From an uncultured Bacteroidales bacterium (GTDB taxonomy: Bacteria; Bacteroidota; Bacteroidia; Bacteroidales; DASQZP01): a stretch of 64,000 bases of DNA. Shown piece by piece: positions 61,821-64,000 of this stretch; position 1 is the first letter of the stretch; each line of letters starts with the position of its first letter. The stretch covers positions 772,023 through 836,022 of the forward strand of contig CAWAMZ010000008.1 of assembly GCA_963783315.1 (NCBI GenBank), given 5' to 3'. The notes under the pieces are model-generated. The model was not told where the DNA came from. It made no database searches and saw nothing but the letters and a program-made list of their open reading frames with translations. The position numbers and the translations under genes are program-made.

Positions 61821-62624
61821 GTGTTGAGCAAAAACAAAACTAAACTGATAAATTCCCTCAAAACGAAAAAGTACAGAGATAAACACGGTCTTTTTCTGGT
61901 TGAAGGAGAAAAGCTTGTGGGTGAATTACTTGAATGGGGCCAGGGAACTGAACTGCTGGTTGCCACAGCACAATGGTTAAAAAAGAATACTGTAATTGCC
62001 CGGCCGGGAGAAATGAGTATCGAAGAAGTGACTGATGATGAATTGAAAAAGATTTCGACACTTACTACTCCAAACAAGGTACTGGCAGTTGCAAGGAAAA
62101 AGGATTTTGAAGATACCGCATTTGATTTTGACCAGGAACTCACACTCTATCTTGAGGGCATTCAGGACCCCGGTAATTTGGGAACAATTATGCGTATGGC
62201 AGACTGGTTTGGCATTCACACTGTCTTTTGCACACCGGACTGTGTTGACCAATATAACCCAAAAGTAGTACAATCAACTATGGGGGCTATTTTTCGTGTC
62301 AGGGTGATCTATATTGAAAAAAAAGAATTTTTTGAGTCGGTAAGCAAATCCGGATCATCACCATTTGTCTATGGTACATTCCTTGAGGGAGAGAATATTT
62401 ACCAGGTTCCTTTAAGCACTAACGGTATAATTGTCATAGGAAATGAATCCAAAGGCATCTCACCTGCGTTAACCGCATTTATCAACCGGAAAATTACCAT
62501 ACCCCCCTACCCTTCAAATGTTTCCGGCGGACAGGAATCTCTCAATGCAGCTGTTGCTGCTTCCGTTGTACTGGCAGAATTCCGGCGCAGGGTCATGCAG
62601 CCAGATGACAAACAAGAAAATTAA
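61821..62624 (+). CDS. TrmH/SpoU-family RNA 2'-O-methyltransferase (RlmB-like)
   Basis: 267 aa with a GTG or TTG start. SpoU motifs DPGNLGTIMR, VIGNESKGIS and SLNAAVAASVVL. Confidence 0.85.
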   Translation: MLSKNKTKLINSLKTKKYRDKHGLFLVEGEKLVGELLEWGQGTELLVATAQWLKKNTVIARPGEMSIEEVTDDELKKISTLTTPNKVLAVARKKDFEDTAFDFDQELTLYLEGIQDPGNLGTIMRMADWFGIHTVFCTPDCVDQYNPKVVQSTMGAIFRVRVIYIEKKEFFESVSKSGSSPFVYGTFLEGENIYQVPLSTNGIIVIGNESKGISPALTAFINRKITIPPYPSNVSGGQESLNAAVAASVVLAEFRRRVMQPDDKQEN

Positions 62625-64000
62625 TGATGCATCATTTCTTTTTTAACTGCCTCAGCCACTCGTTCACCATCGATAGCGGAAGATATTATACCACCGGCAT
62701 AACCACTGCCTTCGCCACAGGGATACAGGCCAGGCATGTTAATATGCTGTAAGGAATCCGGATTCCTGGGAATCCTGACGGGGGAAGACGTGCGACTTTC
62801 AACACCAAGGACAATAGCTTCATTGGTAACAAAACCACTCATTTTTTTTCCAGCCAGTTCAAACCCTTTGCGCAATCTCTCCGCTATTTGAGAGGGCAGC
62901 CAGCTATGCAGCTCTGAAGAATGGATTCCGGGAAAATATGATGAAATTGGCAACGTTGATGATTCTCTGCCATGAACAAAATCATCCAGTCGCTGTGCAG
63001 GAGCAGTTTGTCCATGCCCACCAAAACGGGCAGCCATTTTTTCCAGATTCTTTTGAAACTCCAGTCCGGCCAGTGGCCCGTATTTCTCATAAGGCACATA
63101 ATCTTCCATGCGTATCTCCGCAACAATCCCGGAATTTGCCCACGGCGAATTTCTGCGGGAAGGTGACATTCCGTTTACAACCACCTCGTTTTCTGCAGTG
63201 GCTGAAGGGACTACAAATCCCCCGGGACACATACAAAACGAATAGATCCCCCTTCCGTTCACCTGTTCAGCAAAGTTATAAGCTGCAGCAGGAAGAAAAG
63301 CACCCCTCTCCTGTCCGTGATACTGTATCCGGTCGATCAGTGCCTGTGGATGCTCCACCCTCACACCTGCGGCAAATGGCTTGGCCTCAAGAGTTATCTG
63401 ATGCATCTGCAACATCTCGTACACATCACGGGCAGAATGACCTGTGGCAAGAATCACAGCAGCTGATTCCGCAGTTTCTCCGGAAGAAAGTTTTACTCCT
63501 GCAGCCCGGTTTTTCTTTATGAGCAATCCGGTTACCTTCGCTTCGAAATGCACTTCCCCCCCGGCATCCTGAATCGATTGGCGTATTTTTTTGATCACAG
63601 CCGGAAGCTTATCAGTCCCTATATGCGGATGTGCTTCATAAAGAATTTGTTCATCTGCCCCATGCTGATACAAAATACTGAGGATTCTGCCTGTATCCCC
63701 GCGTTTTTTCGATCGTGTATACAGCTTTCCATCTGAAAAAGTACCTGCACCACCCTCTCCAAAACAGTAATTAGAGTCGGGATTAACCTGATGCTTTGTC
63801 GAAATCAGGGCAATATCTTTTTTTCTTTCAGAAACAGCTCTACCACGTTCAAATACGATAGGCTTCAACCCCAGCTCAATAAGCCGAAGCGCAGCAAAAA
63901 GGCCAGCGGGGCCAGAACCCACCACCACAACGGGTGGCTTATTGTGTACATCCGGATATTCAACAGTAGAATGATAATTTTCTGTATCAGCGGGCTGGTC
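62621..64000 (-). CDS. FAD-dependent oxidoreductase (COG2509-like); the 5' end lies outside the window
   Basis: The track ORF starts at GTG 63928, but the frame stays open to base 64000 (...DQPADTENYHSTVEYPDVHNKPPVVVVGSGPAGLFAA). GxGxxG dinucleotide fold. Overlaps the trmH-family stop by 4 nt in convergent orientation. Confidence 0.8.
   Translation of the reverse strand, partial: DQPADTENYHSTVEYPDVHNKPPVVVVGSGPAGLFAALRLIELGLKPIVFERGRAVSERKKDIALISTKHQVNPDSNYCFGEGGAGTFSDGKLYTRSKKRGDTGRILSILYQHGADEQILYEAHPHIGTDKLPAVIKKIRQSIQDAGGEVHFEAKVTGLLIKKNRAAGVKLSSGETAESAAVILATGHSARDVYEMLQMHQITLEAKPFAAGVRVEHPQALIDRIQYHGQERGAFLPAAAYNFAEQVNGRGIYSFCMCPGGFVVPSATAENEVVVNGMSPSRRNSPWANSGIVAEIRMEDYVPYEKYGPLAGLEFQKNLEKMAARFGGHGQTAPAQRLDDFVHGRESSTLPISSYFPGIHSSELHSWLPSQIAERLRKGFELAGKKMSGFVTNEAIVLGVESRTSSPVRIPRNPDSLQHINMPGLYPCGEGSGYAGGIISSAIDGERVAEAVKKEMMHH

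Noticed and set aside
61811-62273. Minus-strand ORFs 61811-62143, 61858-62061 and 61977-62273.
   Set aside because: They are antisense to the TrmH/SpoU methyltransferase gene, which has clear motifs. Their sequences are Ser/Phe-rich and low in complexity.

Overview
This window looks like a core chromosomal segment of a Bacteroidota-type genome. Three things support that. Most starts lack a Shine-Dalgarno sequence. TAnnTTTG -7 / TTTG -33 promoter boxes recur upstream of genes. Several families are typical of the phylum: S46 DPP7-like peptidase, DUF4199, DUF3467 after rpoC, and CCC-motif/DUF2752 proteins.

From about 3.0 kb to 43.4 kb every supported gene is on the minus strand. Read in the direction of transcription, the main blocks are:
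- rpsU, a XerC/D-like recombinase, hpf, then tRNA-Thr(TGT), tRNA-Tyr, tRNA-Gly, tRNA-Thr(GGT), tuf, tRNA-Trp, secE, nusG, rplK, rplA, rplJ, rplL, rpoB, rpoC and DUF3467.
- An ilvD-ilvB-ilvN-ilvC-(terminator)-ilvA branched-chain amino acid (BCAA) operon.
- etfB, etfA and a long acyl-CoA dehydrogenase.
- A membrane glycosyltransferase, a DUF2520 protein, kdsC, a UbiA-family prenyltransferase and maf.
- An S46 peptidase followed by a split MBL-fold hydrolase.

The right-hand third is mixed-strand housekeeping: SRP RNA, DUF4199-GT2-GT4, Nudix, miaA, a LuxC-like reductase, aconitase, a MacB-like permease, gap, mnmD, a TamA-like outer membrane protein, a TrmH-family methyltransferase and an FAD oxidoreductase.

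I see no CRISPR array, rRNA, convincing mobile element or multi-gene defence island, so I cannot point to a clear novel system. The items most worth a second look are:
1. An unannotated Leu/Ile/Val-rich leader peptide plus intrinsic terminator directly upstream of ilvD, which looks like a ribosome-mediated attenuator.
2. Two decayed, hairpin-interrupted copies of the 5' acceptor/D-arm of tRNA-Trp between tuf and tRNA-Trp.
3. An orphan SAM-methyltransferase::ATP-grasp fusion gene isolated between two long AT-rich gene-free spacers.
4. Two tandem paralogous lipoprotein sORFs below the ORF-track cutoff.
5. An MBL-fold hydrolase split by a frameshift.

All functional calls come from motif and family recognition by eye. 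No searches were run.
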